Positions 28,526-39,138 are shown, counted from the stretch's first letter. The stretch: 64,000 nucleotides of DNA from an uncultured Spirochaetota bacterium (GCA_963734545.1 CAVTHO010000006.1:352001-416000); one strand, 5' to 3'. The notes: generated from the sequence alone by a model not told the origin. Numbers and translations are program-made.

Positions 28526-29701
28526 TCATTCGCCTGACGCTCGGGCGGCAGGCGCAAAGCCGCGGTGGAGCATCATGAACGCGCTGGGCGCTGCCAGGGA
28601 AAAGGCCGCGACGATTGCGAACATCCCGCGGATGCCTACCGCATCCGCAAGGATCCCGCCGATCCACGGACCGGTGAACATCCCGACCGCGTAGACAGCC
28701 TGGTGAATGCCCATGGCCGTGCTGCGGTGCGCGGCGTCCACCCTCTGTATCGAGAGCCCGAGAAGGATCGGGAAGAACATGCCGTTTGCCAGGCCCATGA
28801 CAACGGTGGAAACGAAAAGAAGAGGGACCGAATGGCTGAGCGCGGCAAGTATCGCTCCCCCCGCAAAGGCGGCGAAGCTTCCATGCAGGAGCAGGCGCCT
28901 GCCTCCCCGATTGGCGATGAAAGTGGCGAAGAGGTTCGCCGCGGTGTTTGCGGCGATGTTGAGGCTCATGAGCAGGCTGGTGGCCACCGCGCTTGCCCCC
29001 ATCTGCCGGGCCAGCAGGGGCATGAAACCGAAGGTCACGGCCCAGACGCCGAACTGGCAGAGCGCGTTCGTGAAGGAGGGAACCAGGACGTCCCGCCTCC
29101 GAAAGATCGCGAGGACTGATCGCGCGCTGACCGTGCCGCGGTGCGCGGCGTCCCTCCGGGGGATCTTCACACAGGCGATGATGACAGTTGCGGCGAGCGA
29201 AAGACCCGCGGCCGCGAAGAAGGTGAGGCCGTGACCGCCCAGTGTCTGAAGGAAGCCCGTAATGCTGGTTCCGATCATCATGCCGAGAGAACCGGCAAAT
29301 GAGAGCAGGGAAGTGGCGAAGATCGTCTGCTCGGGCGGGAAGTAGCCGGCAAATACGACCATCATGGGCACCCACGCCGCGGCTGCCGCACCAGTAAGCG
29401 CACGGCCAAAAGCCAGCATGCCGATGGACTTCCCGAGCGCCATCACCAGGGCGCCGATTCCCGCCAGGAGAACGCCGCCAACTATGTACGGCTTGTTGCG
29501 GCCTGTTGCGTCCGCCACGACGCCCAGCGGGAGCCGAAGCGCAGCCATCCACAGGCCATACATCGAGAGCACGACTCCGACCGCCGTGAGGCTGGAGGTA
29601 CGCGCCGCGAGATACTCGGGCAGGCTCGGCACGTACGAGTAGAGGGCGACGAAGAACAGGACGGCTGCCCCGAAGAGGGCGGGGATGCGAGAGCGGCTCA
29701 C
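28526..29701 (-). CDS. MFS transporter
   Basis: GVVADATGRNK motif A, about 12 TM segments. Confidence 0.9.
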   Translation of the reverse strand: MSRSRIPALFGAAVLFFVALYSYVPSLPEYLAARTSSLTAVGVVLSMYGLWMAALRLPLGVVADATGRNKPYIVGGVLLAGIGALVMALGKSIGMLAFGRALTGAAAAAWVPMMVVFAGYFPPEQTIFATSLLSFAGSLGMMIGTSITGFLQTLGGHGLTFFAAAGLSLAATVIIACVKIPRRDAAHRGTVSARSVLAIFRRRDVLVPSFTNALCQFGVWAVTFGFMPLLARQMGASAVATSLLMSLNIAANTAANLFATFIANRGGRRLLLHGSFAAFAGGAILAALSHSVPLLFVSTVVMGLANGMFFPILLGLSIQRVDAAHRSTAMGIHQAVYAVGMFTGPWIGGILADAVGIRGMFAIVAAFSLAAPSAFMMLHRGFAPAARASGE

Positions 29702-30324
29702 AACGGCAGCGAGATATTGAACCGCACGGCGAGCATGCGGACGACAAATGTCGCGGCCACACCCAGGGGAATGGAGATCGCAGACGGCATTCCGAGCCAG
29801 CTGAAGAGCATGTACAGGGTGCAGCCGGCAAGACTGCAGGTGGCGTAGAGCTGGGACTTGCTGAAAACGGTCGGGATCTTGTTGCCCACGATGTCGCGGA
29901 TGACCCCGCCAAAACAGCCTGTGATGACTCCCATGAGGATCGCGATGAAATAGAGGTTCGGATATACCTGCAGCGAGTAGATTGATCCCAGAACGCTGAA
30001 AAGGCCGAGACCGAGCGCGTCGAAGATCGTGACGACAAGAACGAGCGTCTTGCTCTTGCGATCCCTGATCTGCCTCAGAATGGCCACGGATATGATTGAC
30101 AGGACGAGGATTGCGACGCCGTAAGGCCAGTTCTGAATCCAGAAAAGCGGATGGCGCTGCAGAAAGAGATCACGAACAGTTCCTCCGCCGAACGCGGTGA
30201 TCATGGCAAGAGAGTAGACGCCGACGACATCCATCTTCAGGCGCCGGGCCTCGAATATGCCTGTCAGGCTGAATGCCAGCACGCCGAGGACCTCGATCAG
30301 CTTGAGAAAAGTATCGTAGGTCAT
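29698..30324 (-). CDS. TRIC/UPF0126 membrane protein
   Basis: TAFGGGTVRD and TGCFGGVIRD repeats, DALGLG. Confidence 0.92.
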   Translation of the reverse strand: MTYDTFLKLIEVLGVLAFSLTGIFEARRLKMDVVGVYSLAMITAFGGGTVRDLFLQRHPLFWIQNWPYGVAILVLSIISVAILRQIRDRKSKTLVLVVTIFDALGLGLFSVLGSIYSLQVYPNLYFIAILMGVITGCFGGVIRDIVGNKIPTVFSKSQLYATCSLAGCTLYMLFSWLGMPSAISIPLGVAATFVVRMLAVRFNISLPL

Positions 30325-30327
30325 GAA

Positions 30328-33300
30328 TCAGCGGGCGCCCGCTGTGCCCCGCGCACGCCGTGCCTGGATGGCCGCGAAGATGGCCTCGCAGGTGGCAGGG
30401 GAGGGGAGAGGCACCTCGCCGCCCGGGGGACCAAAGGCGCTGACCGCATCGCGAATGGCTTCCCGGACCGAGATCGCGAGCATGAGGGGCGGCTCTCCTA
30501 CCGCCTTGCTGCCGTGAATCGTTCCTGCCTGCGCTGCCTCGGGCAAAAGGGTGACATGAAACTCCAGGGGCGCATCGCTGATGGCCGGGATCTGGTACGT
30601 GCTTGCGCTGTGCGTCTGCAGCCGGCCGTCCCTGTCCCAGAGCAGCTCCTCCCTGGTGAGCCAGCCCATGCCCTGCACGAAGCCGCCCTCGATCTGGCCC
30701 CGATCCACCCCGGGATTCAGCGAGTCTCCCACGTCGTGCACGATGTCCACCCGCAGCACCCGGTGCATGCCGGTGTAGCCGTCCACTTCCACCTCGCTCA
30801 CGGCCGCGCCGCATGCGAAATAATAGAAGGGACGCCCTTCCGACTTTTCCCAGTTCCAGCCGATGCCCGGAGTGGCGTAGAAGCCGGTCGAGGAAAGGCT
30901 GATCCGCTGGAGGTAGGCCTCCTGGCAGACGTCCACGAACGGAATGCGCGCCGGCGCGTTCGCGGCGCCGGCGGCCTGCCGCGCGAACCCGTCCGCAAAG
31001 GTCACCTCGGAAGCATTGACGGCCGCGCCGATCTTCTTCGACAGCAGGCCGGCCGCGACGGGCGCCAGCCGTTCGCGGAGCGTGACGCAGGCGTTCTTCA
31101 CCGCCCATCCGTTCATGTCAGCGCCGGATGAGGCAGCGGTTGCCGAGGTGTTGGGCACCTTGTCCGTGCTGGTCGGCATCATGCGCACGCTCTCTGCCCG
31201 CACTCCGAGCTCCCGGACAGCCACGCCGAGCACCTTGGTGTGCAGCCCCTGTCCCATCTCCGTGCCGCCGTGATTCACCTGCACGGAGCCGTCCCGGTAG
31301 ATCAGGACGAGCGCGCCGGCCTGGTTGAACGTTGCGAGCGTGAATGAAATGCCGAACTTCTCCGACGTCACGGCAAGACCGCGTTTTATCCCTGTGTGCC
31401 GCGCGTTCCAGGCGTCGATCTCGCGCCGGCGCGCCTCGAATCCCGCCTGTGCCTGGACCCGGCGCCACATGTCCGGGAGCCGGTTGTCGCCGATCTCCTG
31501 GCCGAAGTGCGTGGTGTTCGTCTCTCCGCTGCCGTGGTAGAGATTGCGGGCGCGCACCGCCTCGGGGGCAAGGCCGAGCCTGCGCGCCACCCGGTCCATG
31601 ATCTCCTCCATGACGAGCATTGCCTGCGGCCCGCCGAATCCGCGGAAGGCAGTGTGCGACGTGGTGTTCGTTTTCGCCACACGTCCGGTGAAATGGACGG
31701 CGGGGATGTAGTAGGCGTTGTCCAGGTGGAAGAGACCGCGGTCCAGGATGGGCTGCGAGAGATCGAGGGACCAGCCTCCGTCGGAGACCAGCTCCACGCG
31801 CGCGGCCAGGAGCCTGCCTTCTGCGTCGTAGCCCACCGCGAACTTCGAGTGGAACGGGTGGCGCTTGCCGGTGATCATCATGTCGAGGTCCCGGTCGAGC
31901 TGGATCCGGACCGGCTGGCGTGTCTTGTGAGCGGCAAGAGCCACGAGCGAGGCAAACGTGTTGCCCTGCACCTCCTTGCCGCCGAACGCTCCGCCCATGC
32001 GCGGGGACTGGACCACCACCTTGTTCCGCGGCAGGTCGAGCAGCTCCGCCACGATAATCTGAATCTCAGAGGGGTGCTGCGTGGAGGAGTTGATGAATAT
32101 AGTGCCGGACTCGCCCATCTCCGCCATGGCCGCGTGCGTCTCCAGGTAGAAATGCTCCTGGCTGCCGGAGAAGAACTCCCCTTCGAGCCGATGCGGAGAT
32201 TCGGCCAGGGCCTTGTCGCAGTCTCCCCGCTTCAATACATGGGGATCCGTGTGGTAGCTGTTCTGGGAGACCGCCTCCTTGATGCCGAGGATCGGGGGCA
32301 GCGGCTCGTAGTCCACTTCCACGAGCGCCGCTGCCGCGCGGCACTCCTTGACGGAATTGCCGACCACGAGCGCGATGAGCTGGCCGTGATACAGCACCTC
32401 CTGGGAGGCGAGGAGCGGCTCGTCGTGCCGCGCGGTGCCCACGTTGTTGTGCCCGGGGATGTCTTCAGCGAGCAGGACCGCGACGACACCGGGAGCGCCC
32501 CGCGCCTTGTCCGCGTCGCGCCGCGTGATGCGCGCCCGGGTCCGGGACGCGCAGACCGGCCAGGCTTCGAGCATGGGCCGGCGCTGGGACGTATCGTCCA
32601 CGTACAGGGCGCCGCCCGTCACGTGCCCCCGGGCGCTCTCGTGCGCGAGCGCGCGTGAAGCGTCCGTCACGGGAAACTTTTCCCCGAGCGCAAAGTCCAG
32701 CGCGCCGTCCTGTGCCGAGCTCTGCTCGCCGCTCACGAACTTTTCCCACAGGCTGACGATGAGCCCTTTCCGATACGCGGCGCTTCCCCGGGCGTCATCG
32801 ATGGGCTGAAACTCGGCCTGGAGCGCCTTGCTCACCGCCTCCCGCGCGTCCTCGAGGCGCCGGCCTTCCGCCGCGGCCTCTGCCCGGCGGGCACGGTGCG
32901 GCGTGAGCGCCACTCCGCCGTAGGCAATACGCGCCGCGCGCACTATGCCGCCTGCGTCCACGTCGGCCCTGAATGCGCCTGCCACGATGCTGATGTCCAG
33001 CTCGCGGCGCTTCGACACCTTGAGGAAGTCCACCTTCCGCGTGAGCCCCGAGGCAGGACCGGCGCGCGGAACCACGATTGCCAGGATTATTTCACCGGGC
33101 CGCAGCGCCGTCTTGCGATACCCCAGGAAGAAGTCCGCAAGGGGCAGCGTGCGCCGGGCCCTGGAGGTTCCGAGCACCAGCGTGGCATCCAGCGTGAGGA
33201 GCACCGGCGCGCTGTCTCCGATTGGAGATGCCGTGGCGATATTGCCGCCCATGGTCGCGCGATTGCGGATGCCGCGGGAGGCGAACACACGCAGCATCTT

Positions 33301-34176
33301 TGCCAGTGACGGGTATTCGGCCGCAACCGTCTCTTCCACCGCGGTGAGCGTGGCCGCGCTGCCGATGCGCCACGCGGAGTTGGTGCGCGTGATGCGCGTG
33401 AGCTCCGGCACGCCCTCGGTGGAGATGAGGAGCGGAAAGGAAGCGAGCTTTTTGTTGATGTCGACGCCGATCTCCGTGGCGCCTGCAACGAGACGCGCCT
33501 TCGGATGCTTTTCCAGCAGGGAGAAAAGCTCGGGCAGCGAGGTGGGGCGGAAGAACTGTTCCCCTTGCGCCGCATAGGAGAGCGCCCGCGCCGGCTCCAC
33601 CGGCGCGTCGAGCCGGCGTCTGAATGGATCCTCCACGCCGACGGAATTGTCCCTCTGCGCGAGCGCTCCCAGCGCGGCGTCCCGTATGGGCCGGTAGCCC
33701 GTGCAGCGGCAGAGGTTGCCGCTGAGCTGATCACTGAGCTGCCACGGGTCCCGACAGTCGTCCCGGTAGTATGCCTCGAACAGTGATACGACAAAGCCCG
33801 GCGTGCAGTACCCGCACTGGGAGCCGTACTGCTCCACCATGTGCGCCTGCACGGGGTGCAGCGTCTGCCCGGCAGCAAGACCTTCCACCGTCACGATCTC
33901 CCGGCCTGCGAACATGGGAAGCAGGGCGATGCAGCTGTTGAAGGCACGATAGGTCGGCGCGCCCGCGGCGTTCCGGTCCACGAGCGCCACGGTGCAGGCG
34001 CCGCAGTCCCCCTCCGCGCAGCCGCACTTGGTGCCGGTGTAGCCGTGTGTGCGCAGGTAGTCCAGCAGGGTGGTCGTCGGCGCCGCGTCCTGCACGAGAA
34101 CGGGCAGTCCGTTGATGATCATTGTGAAGCTGCCGGCGGCCGGGTGCGGTTTCACGTGAGGTTCCCTTTTCATCAT
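30328..34176 (-). CDS. xdhAB: Xanthine dehydrogenase, single-chain fusion of 2Fe-2S, FAD and molybdopterin domains
   Basis: GTKCGCAEGDCGAC, QCGYCTPG, NLCRCTGY, GGNIATASPIGD, HESARGHVTG, FGGKE, AFRGFG, AVGEPP in one 1282-aa frame. Confidence 0.95.
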   Translation of the reverse strand: MMKREPHVKPHPAAGSFTMIINGLPVLVQDAAPTTTLLDYLRTHGYTGTKCGCAEGDCGACTVALVDRNAAGAPTYRAFNSCIALLPMFAGREIVTVEGLAAGQTLHPVQAHMVEQYGSQCGYCTPGFVVSLFEAYYRDDCRDPWQLSDQLSGNLCRCTGYRPIRDAALGALAQRDNSVGVEDPFRRRLDAPVEPARALSYAAQGEQFFRPTSLPELFSLLEKHPKARLVAGATEIGVDINKKLASFPLLISTEGVPELTRITRTNSAWRIGSAATLTAVEETVAAEYPSLAKMLRVFASRGIRNRATMGGNIATASPIGDSAPVLLTLDATLVLGTSRARRTLPLADFFLGYRKTALRPGEIILAIVVPRAGPASGLTRKVDFLKVSKRRELDISIVAGAFRADVDAGGIVRAARIAYGGVALTPHRARRAEAAAEGRRLEDAREAVSKALQAEFQPIDDARGSAAYRKGLIVSLWEKFVSGEQSSAQDGALDFALGEKFPVTDASRALAHESARGHVTGGALYVDDTSQRRPMLEAWPVCASRTRARITRRDADKARGAPGVVAVLLAEDIPGHNNVGTARHDEPLLASQEVLYHGQLIALVVGNSVKECRAAAALVEVDYEPLPPILGIKEAVSQNSYHTDPHVLKRGDCDKALAESPHRLEGEFFSGSQEHFYLETHAAMAEMGESGTIFINSSTQHPSEIQIIVAELLDLPRNKVVVQSPRMGGAFGGKEVQGNTFASLVALAAHKTRQPVRIQLDRDLDMMITGKRHPFHSKFAVGYDAEGRLLAARVELVSDGGWSLDLSQPILDRGLFHLDNAYYIPAVHFTGRVAKTNTTSHTAFRGFGGPQAMLVMEEIMDRVARRLGLAPEAVRARNLYHGSGETNTTHFGQEIGDNRLPDMWRRVQAQAGFEARRREIDAWNARHTGIKRGLAVTSEKFGISFTLATFNQAGALVLIYRDGSVQVNHGGTEMGQGLHTKVLGVAVRELGVRAESVRMMPTSTDKVPNTSATAASSGADMNGWAVKNACVTLRERLAPVAAGLLSKKIGAAVNASEVTFADGFARQAAGAANAPARIPFVDVCQEAYLQRISLSSTGFYATPGIGWNWEKSEGRPFYYFACGAAVSEVEVDGYTGMHRVLRVDIVHDVGDSLNPGVDRGQIEGGFVQGMGWLTREELLWDRDGRLQTHSASTYQIPAISDAPLEFHVTLLPEAAQAGTIHGSKAVGEPPLMLAISVREAIRDAVSAFGPPGGEVPLPSPATCEAIFAAIQARRARGTAGAR

Positions 34177-34178
34177 CG

Positions 34179-34994
34179 TCAGAGCCGGAATATCTGGAGG
34201 AGTTTTTTCTCCGTCTCTCCTTCTATCGTGGCCTCCACCTCGACGTACTGCTCCAGGCCGGAGCCGTTGAGCTTCTCCTTGAGAAGCTCGTCGAGCTGGA
34301 AGACGCCTGCGGAATTATTCATTTCCACATTGATGTGGATGGGCTTCTCGTCTCCGCTCAGGATCTCGATCTTCTCGATCGAGGCCGCGGAGAGAGAATG
34401 TATGTTGACTGCCCCTGCCTCGAAGGGGATGCGCGATCTGCCCTTGGTCATGTCCAGGGCGTCCGCAACCCGCACGATTCCCGCCTCCACGGTCATGGGC
34501 CTTCCCTCGCTGCGGTGGGAGATGATGGCGTGCAGGGTCTCGGACCGGACGATCGTGCGCGGTCCGACCTCGTACAGGCCGTCGAGGAGCCGGTCAATGA
34601 TGGGCTGCGCCACGAAGAGGCTGTACAGCTCGTGATCCGCACGCTGGATGGACATGCCCAGGTCGTGCAGGAGCGAGCCCAGCACCACCACGACCTCGGC
34701 GTCGTCATTCGCCATGCTGTAGTCCTTCACGATGCTGGGCACGATGCCGCGCTCCATGAGCTGCCGGAGCATTTTCAGCGCGATGTTCGACACGATCTGG
34801 AAATGGATGGGACCGTGATCCGTCATTCCCAGCCGGGTCACCGCGTTGACGTTCATGGCGGTCCAGAGAGCATAGAGCTCTTCATCCGCGTTGACCCGCT
34901 CGATGACCTTCTGCAGTGTCGGATTGTGCCTGACGGGAAGGCGGATCTCGACGCGCTGCCCGGACTCCTGTGCGTCTCCGCTGTTCTGCTCCAT
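34179..34994 (-). CDS. HD-domain phosphohydrolase
   Basis: DHGPIH, LLHDLG, SH, VADALD. Confidence 0.85.
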   Translation of the reverse strand: MEQNSGDAQESGQRVEIRLPVRHNPTLQKVIERVNADEELYALWTAMNVNAVTRLGMTDHGPIHFQIVSNIALKMLRQLMERGIVPSIVKDYSMANDDAEVVVVLGSLLHDLGMSIQRADHELYSLFVAQPIIDRLLDGLYEVGPRTIVRSETLHAIISHRSEGRPMTVEAGIVRVADALDMTKGRSRIPFEAGAVNIHSLSAASIEKIEILSGDEKPIHINVEMNNSAGVFQLDELLKEKLNGSGLEQYVEVEATIEGETEKKLLQIFRL

Positions 34995-35045
34995 GTCCTC
35001 GAATGTATCCTTTCGGCCCGGCCTGGTACAGGGTGCCCGCGCCCG

Positions 35046-38000
35046 TTAATTGCCGAGCGCGGTCAGGCGCCGCTGGGCAAGCTCCCAGGTGCTGTTGGGC
35101 TCCCTGTTTCCGGGCTTCTCCACCTTCGCATATGCCTGCCGGGCCGACTGGATGAAGCCATACCCCTCGGCGATCCGGCCGAACACATACCAGTCCTCGT
35201 TTCTCGGCGTGGATTCCCCGCTCAGCTCCAGGCATTTCTGCATGAGCTTCCGCGCGTCCTCGTAGCGGCCGTTCTGCGCGTACAGCGTTGCCATTGTCTG
35301 GAGAATGGCCCGGTCCTGGGAGTTGGACATGGTGACGGCTCTTCGCGCGTATTCGAGGGCCTGATCGCTCAATGCGGGCTGGAAAAGGTCCAGCCAGGCA
35401 AGGCTGTTGTAGTCATAAGCGGAGAGACGGAGCCCGGGAGTCTGCAGCAGGCTCTGGATCTTTGCAGAATCACGTTTGGCGATGGAGAGGCTCAACAGCA
35501 TGCTCATGACGACGTCACGCTGGGCCGAGGCTTTGATCCGTTCGTTCAGGAGCATCTCCATGCGGTCCCAGTTGTGCGTCTTGTACAGGGCGTCGATGTA
35601 CACCGCGAAGTTCTCGTCCTTGCCGGGATCCAGCTCCACCAGCTCTCCGGCAGCGCTCAGCATGCCCGCCCAGTCCAGGGTGTTTCGCGAGCCCCCGATG
35701 ATCGCCGTCAGGAGATCGGTCCGGGCAGCTCCTTTCGTGGCGCTCACTCGTTTCCAGGCCGGCTCGATGTCCCCGTTCTGCCGGGCAAACATGGCAGAGA
35801 GAAAGTCCACCGCGGGCTGGATGTCGGCAGGACCGCGCGTCCCGGCGCCCGGCCAGAAATCCTTGAAGCCATCCAGGTCCTTGTCGTGCGCGTTCTCCAC
35901 GTCGGACCGTATCCAGTCCAGCCACGTTGCCGCGGATGCCCAGTCCTGCCGCGCACACAGGCCGCGAAGGGCAACCGGCACCGATGCCGGCACGCCGAAC
36001 AGGGCCGCTACCTTCAGTGCGCCGCCCTCCCTGACGATGAAGAAGGTATTGAGCGTCGCGTTCTGCGCAAGTGTGCTCCTCATCACCAGGTGGTACCCCG
36101 TGCTGTCCGTTCCCTTGATGTCGTACACGCAGTGGCTCAGGATGATGTCGATGAGGCTTTCCATGGTGGTGGCCTGGTTGCGGACCACATTTGCCAGGGA
36201 GGCCCATTCGGATTTCAGATTGAGACCCTGGCTCTTCTGCATGAGAATCTCATAGAGACCCGCAGTGAGCCCTGGTTTCAGCAGGGAGAAGTCCGCGCCG
36301 TCCGCGGCGACCAGGCCTCGATAGTAGAAGTTGGCGAGCGCCGTCGGATCTTTTGGCGCGCCGTTATCCAGCTCGAAGTGCCGTGTCGATGCCATGAGGT
36401 CGGCCTGATAGTCGAGGTTCACCGCGTTGGCGGATCCGCGCGCCGCCATCCGGTACAGCTCCGAGGATTCCGCGTATTTGCCGATGGTGGCAAGCAGCGC
36501 CGCCGCGCGCGCCAGGTAGTCCTGGCGCTTTTCCCGGGAGAGCTGCGGATTCATGGCCTTGACTCCGGCGCCGGTTCCTCCTGCCGCGCTGCGCGCGGCA
36601 AGCTGGTATGTTTCCCTGTCATCCGCATTCGCGAGACCGGCTGCCATGCTCTGCACATCGCTGAACCTGCCCAGGTACCAGAGATCGACCACGGGATTCA
36701 GGTCGAGATTGTGGTCCTTGAGAGAGTCCTTGACGAGGTCATATTGAGCAGCGGAAACCGCGAGGTCGGCCTTGTTTCCATAGCGTATTCCGTTCTTGTC
36801 GTATTCGAGAAGAATCGCGTAGTCGGCGCGGGCGTACCAGACGTCGGGCGCTAGCTCCAGCGATTTACGGTACGCGGCAAGGGCGGCCTCACGGTCATAC
36901 CCCAGCCCGAAGCGCTGGCCGATCCCGTCATGCTGCAGGGTCCAGGCAAGATTGGTCCAGGCTTCGCTGTCGGCGGGCGCGAGATCCACCGCGCGGCGCG
37001 CCGCGAAGGCGGCCTCGTCACCCAGCCCGGACTTCAGGAGCGCCCGGGAAAGCCTGATCTCGTGCATGGGCTTTGCCGGTTCCCGGGCTATCAGCTCGCG
37101 GAACTTCTTGAATGCGTTCAGATAATCGCCGGCCGCGTAGAGCTGCTCCGCCTCGTGGTCGAGGATGATCTTGACGGTGCCCAGCGCATCCCGATAGTCG
37201 ATGAGGGCTTTGCGCGTGGCGTCGAACTCCGAAGGGCCGAGGCGCGCCTTGGTGGTTTCGATGGTCATGCGCACGACGACCGTTCCATCCGGGAGCCTCT
37301 CGGCCCGGGATCGGTAGGAGACGGCGCCGAGGTCCTTCTGCACCGGGTCCGGCAGGCCGCGCGGGATGAATCCCGACGGGGGATGGATGCGGTTTTCCCA
37401 GTGCACGATGAACGTCATGTTCATCCGGTAATCCTGCCGGCGCGGCTGGGCCTTCTTGTCCAGGAGCACGTTGGGCAGCCAGCTGAACAGCTCATCGGTC
37501 TTGATCGCGACCTCGGCGTATTCGGCATAGGTCGCGCCGATGGGCGTGTCATTCACGCGAAGCGTCAGCGCGAACGGCGTATCCAGGTCGTGCGCGTCCG
37601 AGTATTCGAAGGATTCCAGCTTCTTCTGACCGTAGTAGCGCTCGGCATAGGATTCGAGGTCCTTCTTGATCTCTGCCGGGTCGCCAAAGGCGTGGGTGCT
37701 GCGTTGATAGAGATCCAGGCCGCCGCCGTACGTGGTCGTCTCCGTGACGCTGCAGTTGCCGCTATCTTGTAGAAAGTAGTCGTTGACCTGCGTCGTGTCC
37801 TGATATGCGGCAGGGTAGACCGGTGTCTTTATGAGGCCGGTGGCTTCCGGCCGGGCCGGCAGCGCCCAGCGTTCCTGGTCCCAGTAGGGCAGCCTTTCAT
37901 CCCTGCTGAAATCCGACGTGGGATCCAGCCAGAGCGGCTGCGGGCCGTCCACGTACACGATGGCATGATTGAAGATGTCCATGCCGGGCATGTCCGGGAG

Positions 38001-39101
38001 GATGTCCTCTTCCGAGTCGTTCCAGAGCAGGGCGATACTGGCCCTGTACCCGGCCTGGCGGAGAAAAGAGACGAGCAGGGTCGCCTTGTCCTTGCAGTCT
38101 CCATAGCCGCGATCCAGTATTTCCCGGGGCGTGTAGGGCACGATGGAATTCGAGCCCAGCTCGAGACCCACGTAGCGGACGCGCGTGTTGATCCAGCGCA
38201 TGAGCCCGATGGAGGTCTTCACCGGATTACCGGCAACGACCGCTTCTTTCGGGACATCCACTCTCTGCGCGCTGATTTTCTGGTCGACCAGCCGCGAGTA
38301 TCCGGCGGCAAGCGCGTTCCATGAAGGGGCAGTCGTGAAGCACACGTACGGCCCGGAGGGAACGTCCCGGGGGAACCACTTCTCGGTCTTGTCGGCCGGG
38401 AATTGCCGGGTACGCAGGTATTCCCACCGTGTGGTTCCCGCCGCAACGCTGATCTGGAAAGAGGGAACGTCCTGCCCCAGGCTTTTCATCTTCACCTTGA
38501 CGGAGCCGGGGGTCTCGATGACCAGCCGGTTGACGAGCGTCGGGATACTGGAATAGAAGTTCCAGCTCCGGATGAATCCGCCGCCCTCCAGTATCGGCCG
38601 TGAGATGTTCCGTACCTCTTCCTCGACGACGGAGCCGATGTGCACCTGGGGAAAGGGGGCCTCGAGGGTCTTTCTGTCGGAATAGATATTGTCGCTGTCT
38701 CCGGTGGATTTCCCTTCCGCCAGGGTTTTTGGATCCAGGTACCAATCCCTGCCGTCGGCGTTTATCACCCGCACACGGATGTCCGGCCTGTCCTGATGCC
38801 AGGGGCTCCAGGAAACCTGGACGCCCCCCCAGCCTTTCAGCCCGTCCTCGGTGAGGATCTGGTACACGAGCTGGGTGGTCTGCTCGAGGGTGCCGTTCTC
38901 CCTGAAGCGGAATCGCCCCTGCCTGTAGAGGATGACGACATCGTTTTCACCCGGGTAGCTGCTGTTCTTTGCGGCCGCAATGACTTCCGCCGCATTCACC
39001 TGGAACAATCCCTTGCTCCAGAGGGCGTCCGCCGGTTCCTGGGCGCCGAGGCAGACCGCGGCCAGAAAAAAGAGGCACGTGGCAATCGGGATTTTCACCA
39101 T
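35046..39101 (-). CDS. Secreted DUF3857 / transglutaminase-like / TPR protein
   Basis: Signal peptide MVKIPIATCLFFLAAVCLGA, GDCKDKA, FNHAI, WLDPT triad, C-terminal TPR-like helices. Confidence 0.85.
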   Translation of the reverse strand: MVKIPIATCLFFLAAVCLGAQEPADALWSKGLFQVNAAEVIAAAKNSSYPGENDVVILYRQGRFRFRENGTLEQTTQLVYQILTEDGLKGWGGVQVSWSPWHQDRPDIRVRVINADGRDWYLDPKTLAEGKSTGDSDNIYSDRKTLEAPFPQVHIGSVVEEEVRNISRPILEGGGFIRSWNFYSSIPTLVNRLVIETPGSVKVKMKSLGQDVPSFQISVAAGTTRWEYLRTRQFPADKTEKWFPRDVPSGPYVCFTTAPSWNALAAGYSRLVDQKISAQRVDVPKEAVVAGNPVKTSIGLMRWINTRVRYVGLELGSNSIVPYTPREILDRGYGDCKDKATLLVSFLRQAGYRASIALLWNDSEEDILPDMPGMDIFNHAIVYVDGPQPLWLDPTSDFSRDERLPYWDQERWALPARPEATGLIKTPVYPAAYQDTTQVNDYFLQDSGNCSVTETTTYGGGLDLYQRSTHAFGDPAEIKKDLESYAERYYGQKKLESFEYSDAHDLDTPFALTLRVNDTPIGATYAEYAEVAIKTDELFSWLPNVLLDKKAQPRRQDYRMNMTFIVHWENRIHPPSGFIPRGLPDPVQKDLGAVSYRSRAERLPDGTVVVRMTIETTKARLGPSEFDATRKALIDYRDALGTVKIILDHEAEQLYAAGDYLNAFKKFRELIAREPAKPMHEIRLSRALLKSGLGDEAAFAARRAVDLAPADSEAWTNLAWTLQHDGIGQRFGLGYDREAALAAYRKSLELAPDVWYARADYAILLEYDKNGIRYGNKADLAVSAAQYDLVKDSLKDHNLDLNPVVDLWYLGRFSDVQSMAAGLANADDRETYQLAARSAAGGTGAGVKAMNPQLSREKRQDYLARAAALLATIGKYAESSELYRMAARGSANAVNLDYQADLMASTRHFELDNGAPKDPTALANFYYRGLVAADGADFSLLKPGLTAGLYEILMQKSQGLNLKSEWASLANVVRNQATTMESLIDIILSHCVYDIKGTDSTGYHLVMRSTLAQNATLNTFFIVREGGALKVAALFGVPASVPVALRGLCARQDWASAATWLDWIRSDVENAHDKDLDGFKDFWPGAGTRGPADIQPAVDFLSAMFARQNGDIEPAWKRVSATKGAARTDLLTAIIGGSRNTLDWAGMLSAAGELVELDPGKDENFAVYIDALYKTHNWDRMEMLLNERIKASAQRDVVMSMLLSLSIAKRDSAKIQSLLQTPGLRLSAYDYNSLAWLDLFQPALSDQALEYARRAVTMSNSQDRAILQTMATLYAQNGRYEDARKLMQKCLELSGESTPRNEDWYVFGRIAEGYGFIQSARQAYAKVEKPGNREPNSTWELAQRRLTALGN

Positions 39102-39138
39102 GGATCCATTGTAGCACGGGGGCAAAATCGCGCAAATA

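Noticed and set aside
34335-36854. 839-aa plus-strand ORF, and similar long ORFs such as 40043..42376 and 52050..53897
   Set aside because: Antisense shadows of well-supported genes, expected at high GC, with no recognisable domains.
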